Source of the DNA: Vicugna vicugna
Lineage: Eukaryota
Assembly (NCBI GenBank): GCA_013265495.1
Contig: MU058452.1
Location: 310,001 to 374,000 of the forward strand
DNA length: 64,000 nt
Direction of reading: 5' to 3'
Shown: piece by piece, positions 51,266 through 64,000 of the stretch
Layout: every line of letters begins with the position of its first letter
Numbering within the stretch: position 1 is the first letter of the stretch
Program-made: the position numbers and the translations under genes
The notes under the pieces: generated by a model
Told to the model about the DNA's origin: nothing
The model's database searches: none
The model's input: only the letters and a program-made list of their open reading frames with translations

Positions 51266-53589
51266 CCAAGTCTGATCTTTCTCTCCTTGTTTGACAACTA
51301 AACTAATCAAGAGACCATCTGCTATTCTACACATATATTCTAACCTTTCTCCCTCACTTCTTTTATTTATTTACAAAATACCTCTCTAAGGAGTGCACTG
51401 AAGTGCATATTGAGGTATATTTCAATCTCACTCTAGACCATAATTGCCTGGATGGCATATTCTATGTTTATTTTATTTTTCATCCATTTTCTCATTCCAG
51501 TGTCTAAAACTCTAGTTTAAACAAAAGAAGTTCTCAGGGAATATTTTTTGAAAAAACAGCATTGAAAGAGTCAGATTCTCTTGAGTGAACAGTCTCTTTA
51601 GGAATAAAATGATGACACCACCTAGATTATTGATTCTGTGAGCAGGTGGCAGCTGAGATAACTCAGATTCCTGGGTGACCTAGAACATGTCCTCAGGTCT
51701 AGCTCACCAATGGGAGAATAAAACTTTGAGAGGAGATTCAAAGTATAATTAAACACAACACGGTAAAATGAAATGCATCAATACTCAGAGGGAAAGTGAA
51801 CAAAAAAATGAAACCACTGAATATTGTCCAATAAGCAATAGAAACATCGAGAAAAGCAGCACCCAACATGGGAGACTTTGGCAGTTAAAGAAGAACATAG
51901 CAATCGGAAAACTCACTAAATGCAGAGGAAACACATAAAACTGCTACAAAGCATTCAACAAACTCAATGGGCTCAAGTGGTGAGGATGAAGTGAAGCAGG
52001 TTTACATCAACTGCTGGCAAAAGTGCAAGGGGTGGTTGTTAAAACCAAGAAAACAGCTCCATTACTACAAGCAGTTAGTGGAGATAATATATTTCACTGT
52101 TTAATAAGTCAAAAAATAGTAATTTAACTCAATATGCAATCCAATAATTCCTAGTTTTGAAAAAACGTAATTAAATCCTGTAATTCAAGCAGTATCTTAA
52201 TACAGTCACACAAGAACACTCCATGTATCCCAGACACACTACCTTGTGTTTTGAGAGAGACTAGAGTCTTCGGTAAGAACTGGTTTATGAAACAACATTT
52301 TTTCCTGATCCACCCGTGACCAGTTCCCCCTGCCCCATATCTAGTGGGTAGAAATAGGACATTGTCATACTTTCACATTAAAACCTAGTCTTTTACATCC
52401 TGCTCACTATAGATTTTTTAAATGTGTTGATAAAGGTGTGCTGCCTGAAATGTGTTTACTGTAAAGATAATTAACTGAAATATCTAAAAATGCAATTCAT
52501 CCCCAGACTACATTTTATCTTTTTAATTGATGCGAACAATGACTTCTCTTATTGTATCTAAGTAATTAGCAGGTGTAATTATTTTGCCGTTTGTTAAGGC
52601 TCTTTCAGAAAGCATGAGGAAGTGAACGGTGGCGTAATCCTTGAAAACCTCCTTCCAGACAGAGTCCTTAAGCTGTGAACCCAGAGTCCTCAAAAGACAC
52701 ACCTGGTGCATGTGTGGGTGAGCACATAAAGGCTTTGAGAGAGCAAAGACGGAAGCTAAAGAATCCTATTGATGTGCTTCTGCTACAGGTTACGTCTGTT
52801 AACCTGGGGGACCATTTATTTATGGTTCAGCTACCAAAATCTTCCTTGGCTAATGTGTTATTTATTTTAAAAGACAAAAACTGCCAAATCACAGGTTTTT
52901 CAAATGCAAAAAAAAAAAAAAAAGTACTGTTTCTATAATTCTATTCAATATACTTTTTTTTCCTTTCTAAATAGGTCATTACATTTCAAGCATTTCTTTT
53001 AGCAAGAGATGCTTTCTTCTTTTTTTTTAAATCTCAGCATAATCAGTAGGAATTTAAATAACTTTATTATTTGCATTTCAAATTACAGCTGAAGAGAGAA
53101 ACTGAAGTCTGTTTCAGAATGCACAGCTAAGAAAAGGAATTAACAAGGAAACCAGTTTTACCTGAACCAATTTTTTACTATTAATTTGTAATCTCTTAAA
53201 GTCAATGTAGTCTTAAAAATGTACATTTCTGTTTTCCTTTGAATTTAAAAAAGAATGAATACATTCTGAAGTCAAGTTGGAGTGTACAGACATTCTTCCA
53301 CAGAAGGAAAATAAACACTAGGTGATTATTTGAGCACAAATAGATTGATATAACTACTCAGTTCAAAAATGCTAACTTTATCTGTGAACGGCAGATGCAG
53401 ACAAGTGCGGGTGCCTGATAACGGGGATACAAGATGGATTCAAATGCTATCAGCAATCTCATGCATTAGGAATGGTTGCCCCTGCAGCTGAGTTGACACC
53501 ACCATGGTAAATACAAAATTCTCCTCTTCCACAGAGATTCTTAATCAAACTCTGGTTTGCTTCTTGATATCCTGGATACCTCTTACTTC

Positions 53590-53760
53590 AGCAGCATTTT
53601 TTTTTTCAAATTTTAATATGTGTAGGATCATCACCCGGTGATCTCGTTAAATGCATGTTCTGAATCAGCAGATCCTGGGTGGAGTCCAAGAATTTGCATT
53701 TCTAACAAGCTCCTAAGTAACGCTGATACTGCACTTCTTAGGGACACACTGTAAGTTGTA
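53590..53760. mobile_element. MER5A-like MITE
   Basis: atcacccggtgatctcgttaaatgca...ttctgaatcagcagatcctgggtggagtccaagaatttgcatttctaacaagctcc. Confidence 0.8.
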
Positions 53761-54189
53761 GATTTCAGAGGACTGTTCTATACATTGAAGAGGAGTTTAG
53801 CAACATACACCTTGCTATAAACTTTTGCTTTATAGTAAATAGTTATTTTTTGCCCTACTTAGATACAGAATAAAATTCACAATGACATTCTCATTTATAT
53901 TTTGGTTGTTTTTGATACTATGTAGATCATAAAAAGGAAATGACTCTGTATGCTTTGGTGACTCAGGGGATTTTGATTTTGATTTCGATTTTTTTTTGCA
54001 ATGATTTAGATAAAGCCCTTTAGTAGTGAGTCAGGTTTGGAGTCCCCAAAGCTAAGTGCTGTGTTGATCGACAGAATGATAATCTTTTTCCATGCTGGCA
54101 AATTCACTTCTACCTTTGTTTCTCTGCTTTGCCTTCGTTCACATGTCATCATCCATCATTATATGTGAAGGAGAGAACACAAGGTACTT

Positions 54190-54700
54190 TAGCAAGTAGA
54201 CGTGTTCATTTCAGAGTTAGCACCTTACTATATCAGATGTTAAATAATACAAAACCAAATAAGGCATCATGACTTTGGGGCCAGAAGATGTAGCCAAATA
54301 ATTTCAACATAAGTACTGGAATAACTAAATGTGCAGATTATCCTGAAGGAGAAGTCATTATCTGGTTAAGGGAGAGTCATGAAAAGCTTAATGAAACAGA
54401 TGACTGACTGAGCCAGCCTTAAAGAGCTGAGAAGGACTTGGCCATCTAGACAAGGCTGTCAGTGACACTGAAAAGGAAACCCATGCAGTTCCGTAGAAGT
54501 TTGGGGAAGTTTGGCTTGCTTGAGGCCGTGCAAGTCATTTGGTAGCAATGGGAGAATCAGTGGAAAAGAAGGCAAAAGGTAGAAAGGGAACAAGCTAGAG
54601 AGATTGTGAGGCAGGCTCAAGGATGGTGTATTTTATCCTGACAACACAGAGTCACTGATTATTTTAAGTAGGATAATGATGTGATAAGATTATTTTTGCT
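54190..54700 (-). mobile_element. L2 LINE fragment
   Basis: ttcatttcagagttagcaccttacta...ttttatcctg...gagtcactgattattttaagtagg. Confidence 0.6.
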
Positions 54701-55994
54701 GTAGGTCCTTTAACTGCCTTCACTGCAATGCTTTGCAGAACAGACTTCTTCCACAAAATGTAAGTTCCTACCATGGCCCTTTTAGAGTTTAGTGTTTGTT
54801 ACACTGTGTATATTTGTATATATATTTTTGACAGTGACTGCATGGTACACAACTGGTACACATGTACATGGTACACAACCTCCTACATTTTGCCTCCATT
54901 GTTAAAAATCTTAATTAAGAAATGCAACCGATAATTATACTTTCTTTTATTGTCTTTTGCTTATAGATTTTCAGCAAAACAAGATCTAAGTGTTAACTCA
55001 CTTGGAAGTTACTAAAACCCTTTACTGAACCCTAGACTTCCCTCCATAATCTCTTTAAACTGTATTTTTTCCAAGTTGTACTGTAAAGGTTATAAGTTAT
55101 ACTGTAAAGAACTGTAAAGGTCCTTATCTTCAGACCAAATCATACAGCTTCTGATATGTCTAATGTAAACTTTACGAATTTAAAAAAGCATAAGACATGA
55201 CTTTATGGTGTCTTTTAGAAATCATTCATATTAATTATAACAGATTCTAACAATGGGTCTACAAATGAAACATTAGAAAATTTTTGCACCGAGTACTTCT
55301 TTTCAGACAAATTTAAACCTACATAAATTGTAAAGATTTGTATAATAAACACCACAATACCCTTTATATAGACTCACCAGCTGTTCTAATTTCTTCACAT
55401 TTGGTTTTTTCTACAAACAATTGGGTCAGGCTGAAGTGTTTGAAAATAAATCACAGGTGTCATAACGCATTCATTCCTAAATACTTCAGGATGAACCTCC
55501 CCCCCAAACAAGTAAATTCTCCTTAAATAAATACAATAGTCTTGTGGCAACAAAGAAACATAACAGTAATTAACAATACTGTGACAGGGCTAGGAGTATC
55601 ATTAAATAAACAGAACATATTCAATTTTCACTGCGTTTTTAAAATGCCCTCGATGGCATTTTGAAATAAAAATTCACACCTTGCGTTTTGTTTCTATGTA
55701 TTCTTGTACTCTTTTAATCCATGAACCTTGCGTATTTTTTTTCTTTTTTTAATGCCATCAACTGTTTTACTTTTGCTTCTTTGATTTGTTTTGGACTAAG
55801 AGAGATAGAACTTCCTGTGATTTATAGTGTGTCAAATTTCTCTATTTCTCTATTTGTAGAGTCACACACACTCAAAAACGGAGGGGTTTTTGTTTTGGGT
55901 TTTTTTGAGTTTTTAGTTTTGTTCTTCTTTTTCTGTTGTTGTTTCCTGTGTGGTTTCTGGGAAGGAAAATAAGAAGACTTTAAGGTAATTTAGG

Positions 55995-57520
55995 GGCGGA
56001 GTTCTTCTACTCGGCATGTATAAAGTCATAAGCGAAAGTTACTCCCACCGTAACAATAAGAAGTAGCTGAAAAATCTACAAAATCACAGCTTTTCTTGAT
56101 CCCCCTGTCTGAGAGCTGGAGTCATTAGGCAAACAAGAGAACTGAATTCCAAACAGTAAAAAGACACTTCAAAGAGAAATAGAATACACTATTTTACCTT
56201 TGATTGAACACAGGTAGACGTTGACTGCCATAAAGTAAACAATAATGTTGAAATTTTAATGAATTACTGAAGACCAAGTGTGGACTAATGTGACAGTTTA
56301 GAATAACTGTGTACAAAAGATACCAGGGGCGTCTGCACCCATTCACAAGCTCTTTCCATCTGCCTGTACTACGTGCACACAAGAAATATGGGATCGAGAC
56401 AGGAGACTGGAAAGAACCCATTCATTGACACATCTGTGCTTACTGACCGCTGCTGGTAATGGCCCCAAATCCCTTTAAATTCCTGAAACAATTCTCTAAC
56501 GCAGAGCAAACGTTTCAAGTCGTTGATAGGAAACCGTCTCATCCTCTGCGTCCAGGCGAAAATTTGATTCTGGAGGAAGAGCAGAAGCAAACCCATATTC
56601 ACTTGGGAGAAGGACACGGAACCATCTCGGGTCCAGGATCCCAGACAAATAGCAATCGGAGATTGGGTAATTCCAGGATATGGGGAGCACGCTTTCCTGT
56701 TTGAGACCCTCCACAGATACAAGGTAAAATTTGGTCACCATGGGAAGAAAGGCAGGAATGCTGAGATAGGGTCACTCCGTGAAGGCATGCAGGCTCTACC
56801 TAAGTCTGAGGCTGGGCCAGGACAATCAAGAGTCTCTGTTTTTCCCCCGTAGTGAGCCAAGCACTGAAGGACAAACACCAGCAGTGTACTACTAGCAGAG
56901 GGACAAGAACTTGGACAGATACCTCTGTGGGAATGAATTATGTGAAGGAACTACTGAAAGGTTAGGGTGGATCCAGGACACAGAGAAAAACCCTAGGTCA
57001 TCCCAAATTCTTTATTAAGCACAAGGTAATAGCTTTCCACCACGGCAGGACTTTGAAATCTGCGGCACCTTAAAGATAATCATAGGGAAAAAAAAGTCCA
57101 AAACCTGCTTATTGTCTTCCTGACCTGACTCAGCATCCTACACTAATAGCCAAACAAAAGCGTGCCTCATTATGATCCTAATATTTCAGTATTTCAGTCT
57201 CTGCCTTTTTAATTTACAGATAATGTCCACTATTCAATAGAAGTTATGAGACAACTAAAGCAAGGGAAATATAATAATTTATTCTTTAAGAGACAAAGCA
57301 GTTAACAGAAACAGACCTAGAGATAACAGCAAATTTAAAATAACTATGAATAACGTGATAAAGGACCTAATGTAAAGATTGACAATGTGAATGAAGAGAT
57401 GATGTATTTTAGCAGAGAGATGAAAACTATTTAAAGGCAAGTTGAAATGCTAGTAACAAGAAAAGTGATATCAGATATGAAGAATTCTTTTGACAGGTTT
57501 ATCAGCTAATTTGACAAAAC
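55995..57520 (+). mobile_element. Ancient L1 5' UTR/ORF1 remnant
   Basis: ttcttctactcggcatgta...aaatcacagcttttctt resembles the L1 5' end at 48290. ORF1-like gcagagagatgaaaactat...atgaagaattcttttgacaggtttatcag. Confidence 0.7.
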
Positions 57521-57529
57521 CTGCTGAGA

Positions 57530-58330
57530 ATTTTTACCTTTTCATTTAAACGGTTTACTTTTATTTTATGGAGAATGGTCGCGTTGGTCCTTTAAAGTTT
57601 TTATTCTATAATTCCAACATTTGTGTCATTTGGAGGTGAGCATCTCTTGATAATCTTTTCTTCTGAGGATTGTTCAAATTCTCCTGGTTCTTTGTACGCT
57701 GAAGATCTTTGACTGCATCCCGGGAATCCTGAATATTGTATCACGAGGCTTTTGAAACTATTAACATCCTCTGGAGAATTTTTAATTTCTTTAGCTGTCA
57801 GTCACCCCAGTCAGCTTCAGATCACAAATTCTGTTCCACCTTCTGTAGGTGAAACTTGTTCTAATATTCAGTTAGTTTTCAAGGTCTTTGTTGTGCTGTT
57901 TGTGTCCGTCCCCTTGTTTATAGCACCAAAGTGTCAGATAGGACTCGGGCAACAGTTTGCATCACAGTTCAGTTCTAAAAATGTTTCCTGTGCTTCTTCG
58001 GTGTGTTCTGTGCATCTGCAACTTGGAGGGAAAAGGGGAAGTTGTATGTTACGTGTATGCCAGTTCTTACACACAATGAGAGTATTTTCTCTCTCATTCT
58101 CAGTATTTCCCCAACATTCTCTAGCTTTAAGAGCCCCCTTTTCTGTTTTCTGGCTGGAAAAACAAGGTTTCTCTTAGAATTTTAGCCCCTAAGCTGCAAC
58201 TTATGAAGAGAAACACCAATAAAAAGAGAAAACTAATGAATATTTCCCCCATGTTCTTCAAATAACATGGGCCCCTTTTTCTTCATCCTCTATACAAATT
58301 GAGTTCTTTTCTCAGGGCTTTATGTTTCCT
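57530..58330 (-). mobile_element. Ancient L1 fragment in opposite orientation
   Basis: T-rich strand: ataattccaacatttgtgtcatttgg...ttctcctggttctttgta. Confidence 0.55.
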
Positions 58331-59354
58331 ATCAATCAGCTATATCATCCAAATGAGCATGAAGGGCTTAGAATAATTTACATGAAAATTTACTCTCTTT
58401 CCATTAGGGAATCAAAATACAAGAGGCGTCCTGGTTACCTATCTTAAAAGAAATTGACTTCAAAGCTACTTGCAGGAATAGATCCTCTAATCATGGAATT
58501 CTGTCCAGGCACCCTCACAGATTTCCTACCCAAAGTGTCAGGATTTGTCCCAGTGTTTGGTAAGTTCTTCCTACTTGGGTTGTCCAAACTATGTGTGAAA
58601 TATTGAAGGCTTTACTACAGAAATATTTAGAATTTCTTAATACGTTCTCTTTTAGGTAGCTTAAAGATCAATATACCATTTTGAATTAATGTTTCATAGA
58701 GTGCTAAAGATTTTCCATCATGTATTTCTTATGTTAATATTTATTTTTGCTAATGCAGTCCAAAGGTTGTGCTAAAAACCCAATTTGGATGCTGTGATCC
58801 ATCCTGTTAGAGTGATACAAGAGCACTATTTTTTTGCTACTGAAATTAAAGTGTCTTATTATAGGGCATTAATGCTATGGATGTTCTTAGTAAAGTGGAA
58901 TTTTTATATTATGTCATTAAAATGAATATTAAAATGATATGATGGGAAAATATAGATTTTCATATTTCTTTGGCATAGAGGGAATCTAATGTGGAATACA
59001 GTGGCACATTGTGGAAAAATCTGAACTGGAGTCTTTGATTTAAAAGGAGGACAATGTGATTTTTTTGAAGATTTATTTTAAACTTCCTTAACTATTTCGC
59101 TAATTCAAGTGATGAAAGAATGGAATAGAATTTCTATGTACTATTATCATTTTATTATTTTTTTCCCAAATATTGTATTCATGAATAAAACCGAACAGCT
59201 GATGGATGAGCTTGGGCACAAAAGCCTACCAGTTTTGATATATCTTGTCAACTGGCCATCATCTGTTCTTCTCTTTTTCTGGTAACAACTCTCCACATCA
59301 CTTTTGAGAAACCAGTGCTCACTGATATGGTATGATCTGGTTCTTGTCTAGGGA

Positions 59355-59531
59355 AATTGATCTCAAACTTTAAGTGTGCCAGACATACCTGGGGTGCTTG
59401 GTAAAGCACAGATTCCTGGGTCCATTCCCAGAGTTTCTGAGTTAATAGGTCTGAGGTGAGGCTTGAGAATTTGCACTTCTAGCAAGTTCTTAGGTATTGC
59501 CAAGTCCAGGGACAACACTGGGAGAAGCACT
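59355..59531. mobile_element. MER5A MITE
   Basis: tctcaaactttaagtgtgc...cctggggtgcttggtaaagcacagattcctgggtcc...cccagagtttctga...gagaatttgcacttctagcaagttc...gagaagcact. Confidence 0.85.
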
Positions 59532-59828
59532 AATCTAGGGTAAATCACTCTACTTTCATAGCCCTGGGCAGTGGTTCCTCCTGCATCAGCTAACCCATCA
59601 CAGCCCAGGTCATGATAATATTCTCCATGTTGTATCAAAGATAAAAAACTATAAACTTGTGAATGGCAGTGTTGAAATATTATGTCTCTTGGTTACACAC
59701 CAAAACTTAGTCTCTGGTGTGCTGTAGTCAGAGCCACAGTGATAGCAAGTGACATAAGCCAGTGGCCAATGAGATAAGCAATATATTCCTACCTTTGTTA
59801 GGAAGGTAAGTCAGAAGCCCCTCTGGCA

Positions 59829-60527
59829 TTTTTAATGGCTGAGTAGTATTCCATTGTATAAATGTATCATTACTTCTTTATCCAGTCATCTGCTGATGGA
59901 CTAATGTTGTATCCATGTCTTGGCTATTGTAAATAGTGCTGCTATGAACATTGGGGTGCAGTATCTTTTCAAATTAAAGTTCCCTCAGGATATATGCCCA
60001 GGAATGGGGGTGCTGGATCATAGGGTAAGTCTATTTTTAGTTTTTTGAGGAATCTCCATACTATTTTTCATAATGGCTACACCAAACTACATTCTCACCA
60101 ACAGTATACAAGATGGATGGACCTGGAGATTATCATTCTAAGTGAAGTAAGCCAGAAGAATAAAGAAAAATACCATGTGATATCATTTATATGTGGAATG
60201 TAAAAAAAAAAAAAACCACAAATGAACTTATTTACAAAACAGAAACAGACTTGCAGACATAGAAAACAAACTTATGGTTACCAGCAGAGGAAGGGATAAA
60301 ACTGGGAGTTCGAGATTTACAGATACTAACTACTGTATATAAAATAGATAAACAACAAGTTTATGCTGTATAGCACAGGGAACTATATTTAAGATCTTGT
60401 GGTAACCTATAATGGAAAAGAATAAGAAATCAAATAAATGTATGTATATGCGTGACTGAACTATTAAGTTGTACACCAGAAATTGTCACAACCTTGTAAA
60501 CTGACTATACTTCAATTAAAAAAAAAA
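59829..60527. mobile_element. Second 5'-inverted L1 insertion: 59829 to about 60112 on minus, 60113-60527 on plus
   Basis: The minus part is late ORF2 ending ...MEYYSAIK. The plus part resumes at WMDLEIIILSEVSQ, followed by the 3' UTR and poly(A). Confidence 0.88.
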
Positions 60528-62554
60528 CAAACCCTGTTTGCCTGGCTAGCATCACTTCAAATTCATCTGTCTGTTTCCCAGGTTGGACAATAGATCACTT
60601 CTTATTGCTTCCAAGACATTCTGTGATTCTATCATTGACCACTGCACTTTTTAAAAATTATCTTTTTATGCATCTGTTGTCTTTATTAGACATTTGGTCT
60701 TTGTGGGCAAGGGTCATTGCTTATTAATCTTTTAAACTCAATGCTTGGGACAAAATCTTGTGGCTGGCTGGCACCCGATAAATTTGTGTTGAATCAAAGA
60801 AGAGATCAGGATGGATGATGAGCGCAAGGGAAAGGCAAAGACTAACCTGTCGAGAATGTTTTTCTAAGACGGTGATTGTTCGCACCAGCATTGCTTCATA
60901 TACTCGTGCAAGTCTGCACATGAGAAGTCATTGTCACCACAGCAGTCCTTGACTCTTTTCAAGAAAGCGTCCATGTGCTTGTGACTCGTACAGAGAATGA
61001 CAAATATAATGCTCCAGGGGATAAGAGGTGATAGACTGGAAAATGTAAATTCTAGCTGGAAAGGCACAAGCTGAAAGGAAACATGTCTTAAGTCTAAAAT
61101 TCACTGGAGGCACAGATCGGGGACGGTGTGTTTAGCAGTCACAGTAAAAAAGCTAGGATTGAGTGTTTCCTTTGGGATTTAAGAAATTATATTAGCACAC
61201 ATTTAAAAAAAATAATACTTTGCATCATGATAAATACAGAGCACATTCTACCTACATTTTTATTCTTTTAGAGCATTTTCTCCCTTTATGTTCTAAACCA
61301 TAATTCAAGAACCAATGGCTATTACTAGAATTCACCTGTGTTCCCGCTCCCACCTGCCATCATCTCTCCCTCCATGGAATTTATAGAGCATATGCTTTAC
61401 TTATCAAAGTTCTGCCTGATAATACATAAGCATTCATGGATTATGAGCTATGTCCAACTGGACTGTGAGACTTTTGATGTCATGTATCAGGAAGGGCAAA
61501 TTGGACACATCTTGCACGCCTTTTCTCAACAAATGGGAATGGCTGCCTGAAGTCCTGAGATGAGAATAATCCTGAAGGTTTGTAATATTCTCACAATGGT
61601 GCATGGAAGGAGCATATGGCATTACTTATGCCAGATACGGTATTGCCATTAAATTTTGCATCCCCAAAATCTGTAGGACAAAGTTAGGCACAAAGCAAGA
61701 CTACTCATATGTTAAATGAATTAATTAAAAAGAACATAAATGTACTGAGTTACTTATACAAAAATATATTTTGAGATTAAAAAATATTTTGAAAAAGCTC
61801 AAAGTTAATGTTTTCCTTAAATAATAGATTTATAAGAGATATTAATGAGCTCATGGGTGCATATAATCAATTTTTTGAGAATATATTCTCCACCAAAATA
61901 CTCTTCGTTTGTAATCCCCAAAATAGAACTATCATGTCCTTACATATGCTCTTAAAGTAAGCAAATATGATGCCACATAAATACCAAACTTCAGTCTGGG
62001 ATCTCTGAACTATGTCTTTCTGCAATTATTAATTTTCTATTATGTGTCATCTATTTTAAAGGTATCTTTACAATGAGGAATTTATGCTGTAATTGTAGAA
62101 TATTACGATTTAAAATGTGAATGACTTTAATAGTTTATCTCCTATAGTCATCTCTGTGTTCACACAGGACTTCAGATCATGCACATGAAAATTTGAATCT
62201 ACTTTGGTGATCTTAACAACAGGACAATATTGACTAGTAACTTAATTGTTGATTCTTTTTTTTTTCCCAGTAAAATTAATCAGGTTGTTCTTGCAGCAGA
62301 GATAAGGAGGGTTCTTACTCATTTTCAGTGATGAAAACTTGCTGCTTCTTGTAGATGTCAATGACACTTGACTACAACTTGGGTGGGCGATGCTGTGAAG
62401 TTCATTTTCTCCCAGAAGTGAGAAAGCCTTGCCTACCCAAGGGCTTGGACTCTTAAGCCACGAAAAATTCAAGTCTCTAGTTTCTGCAGAAAGGATAATT
62501 CAATGGTTTTCACTTCCTCTGGATGACGTGTTTTCATTTCTTTATCTTTCTTTA

Positions 62555-62745
62555 GTTCTTATTCACAAATGTGTGTTCTCAACTTATGTTTATTGCATTT
62601 TTCTCTATGCCAGGCATTTTGCTCAGGGGGAAGCTGCACAGATGAAGATGACACAGATCATGCACTCCAGAGACCATAGAATATTGAAACGACAGATAAA
62701 CAGGCATCCATACTAAAATGTAAGTGTCATGATAGAAGTAATTTC
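62555..62745 (-). mobile_element. L2 LINE 3' fragment
   Basis: tttattgcatttttctctatgccaggcattttgctcagg...acagatgaagatgacacag. Confidence 0.6.
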
Positions 62746-64000
62746 CAACACTCTCATCTTTTATCTTTTATGTCTTTCAGGATTTCGGGTACCAATATCA
62801 ATATAACCTCTTCACCTAGTTAGACTTTTTTTTTTTTTTTTAGTTTTTGTAGCTCAGTTTTTTCCACCTCCATCTATTTTACAACAACAATCTCTCATTC
62901 TTGCTGAGCATCACTAAGTTTAAAACCTTTAATTATCCCTCATATGCAGTACCTACTTCTTTGATGTAGCGATAATAGCTGTAATGAGGCGTGAGAGCAA
63001 ATCTAAACAAACGATATGTGTCCCTTCCAGAGTCTGGATTAATTGATATATTTAAAGCATAAATTACCTGTGAAGGGAGGCGCATAGGTGGAGTACAGTG
63101 GCTGGCTCTGATCTAAGACTGTTCTAAGGAAAATTGAAATGACTCAGTTCCTCAGTGTCCCACCCTGGATACACCCTGGCTCAGATTAGTAAACAGCCTA
63201 CTCTTCCTTGCTTCTGCTAGGTACCTTTTCATCTTAAAAAGCCAAGCAATAGGAAATACGGGCAGAGAACTCAAACAGGCGGATCAAAGAAGTTACTGAA
63301 ATGTCTAATAACTATCTGAAAAGCTGTTATATAGGATGAGTAATCTGAAAAATGCCAATTAAAGTTACAATGAAAGAAAAAGCATGCAGAAAGGCTAACA
63401 AGGTTGACAGTTTTACAATAACCATAGTGATTGGAAAAGGAGTAATCAGAGAATGGTATAATCATTGAATGGAAGGTGGTTGGAGGCAGATGATGCTCTG
63501 GCTCTTTCAACTTCTTGGCACAAGTGACTGAGTCAAGCTTATACATGGTGTTTGCAAAACCAAGATCAACATGAACTGTGAGGGCTCTGATTCCAATGAT
63601 CTAATATTTCATCAGTTATCCTGTTTCCTTTCCTGCTGATTTTTGGAAACCTCTGAATGGAATACAGAAAGATAGAAGAGTAAACATACTCTAATAGCCT
63701 CAAAAAATGTATCATTTGAACAGACGAGGGATAGTTACACAGCTTTCTTCATGGAACCAAAACTGGGTTTCTGAGATATGAGGCAGATGGCACGGCATCA
63801 GAAAGAAGGTTTTGACTTCTTTCAGGACCATGATCATGACACAAAGCATGCAGCAGTCACTTGCTATTTTTCCCAGTTTAATTCAATTGGATTTATAGCC
63901 AATAAAAATTCTTCTCAAAATATTGTAACAAATTTCCATTTGTTTGTTTTAGTGTTGGTCAAAAGGTGAGAAAGTTTTCACCTTTTGACATGTGTTGGTC

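Noticed and set aside
52523..52711. Protein-like ORF (QLKDSVWKEVFKDYATVHFLML...)
   Set aside because: No recognised homolog, a weak acceptor and no donor.
56138..56151. gagaactgaattcca, resembling the miR-146 mature sequence
   Set aside because: Partial match only, no complementary hairpin arm, and it lies inside an L1 5' remnant.
1..64000. Prokaryote-style novel system (operon, CRISPR, defence island)
   Set aside because: The sequence is mammalian repeat-rich DNA with no long ORFs or repeat-spacer arrays.

Overview
This is AT-rich mammalian nuclear DNA, intergenic or within a long intron. It is very probably from a camelid (alpaca, vicuña or camel), because it carries two Vic-1-type tRNA-derived SINEs and artiodactyl-type L1 3' ends. 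I found no intact host protein-coding gene, RNA gene or CRISPR array. The only ORFs I recognise are decayed Tigger1 transposase pieces and L1 ORF2 remnants. A large part of the window is interspersed repeats: L1, L2, MIR, MLT1/MLT2/LTR16 LTRs, MER5, MER58 and a full-length Tigger1. The best unexplained signal is a repeat-free block at about 37.0-38.9 kb with the architecture of a minus-strand Pol II promoter: two CCAAT boxes 30 bp apart, a TATA-like element, an Inr-like site, a C/EBP-ATF site, a first donor and a candidate second exon. Further minus-strand exon candidates lie at 60.9 kb (a 36-aa Cys-rich sORF) and 13.6 kb. Together they could be an lncRNA, a micropeptide transcript or alternative 5' UTR exons. 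Two 5'-inverted (twin-primed) L1 insertions are clearly visible. Repeat family names come from recalled consensus sequences rather than a search, and boundaries of old repeats are approximate.
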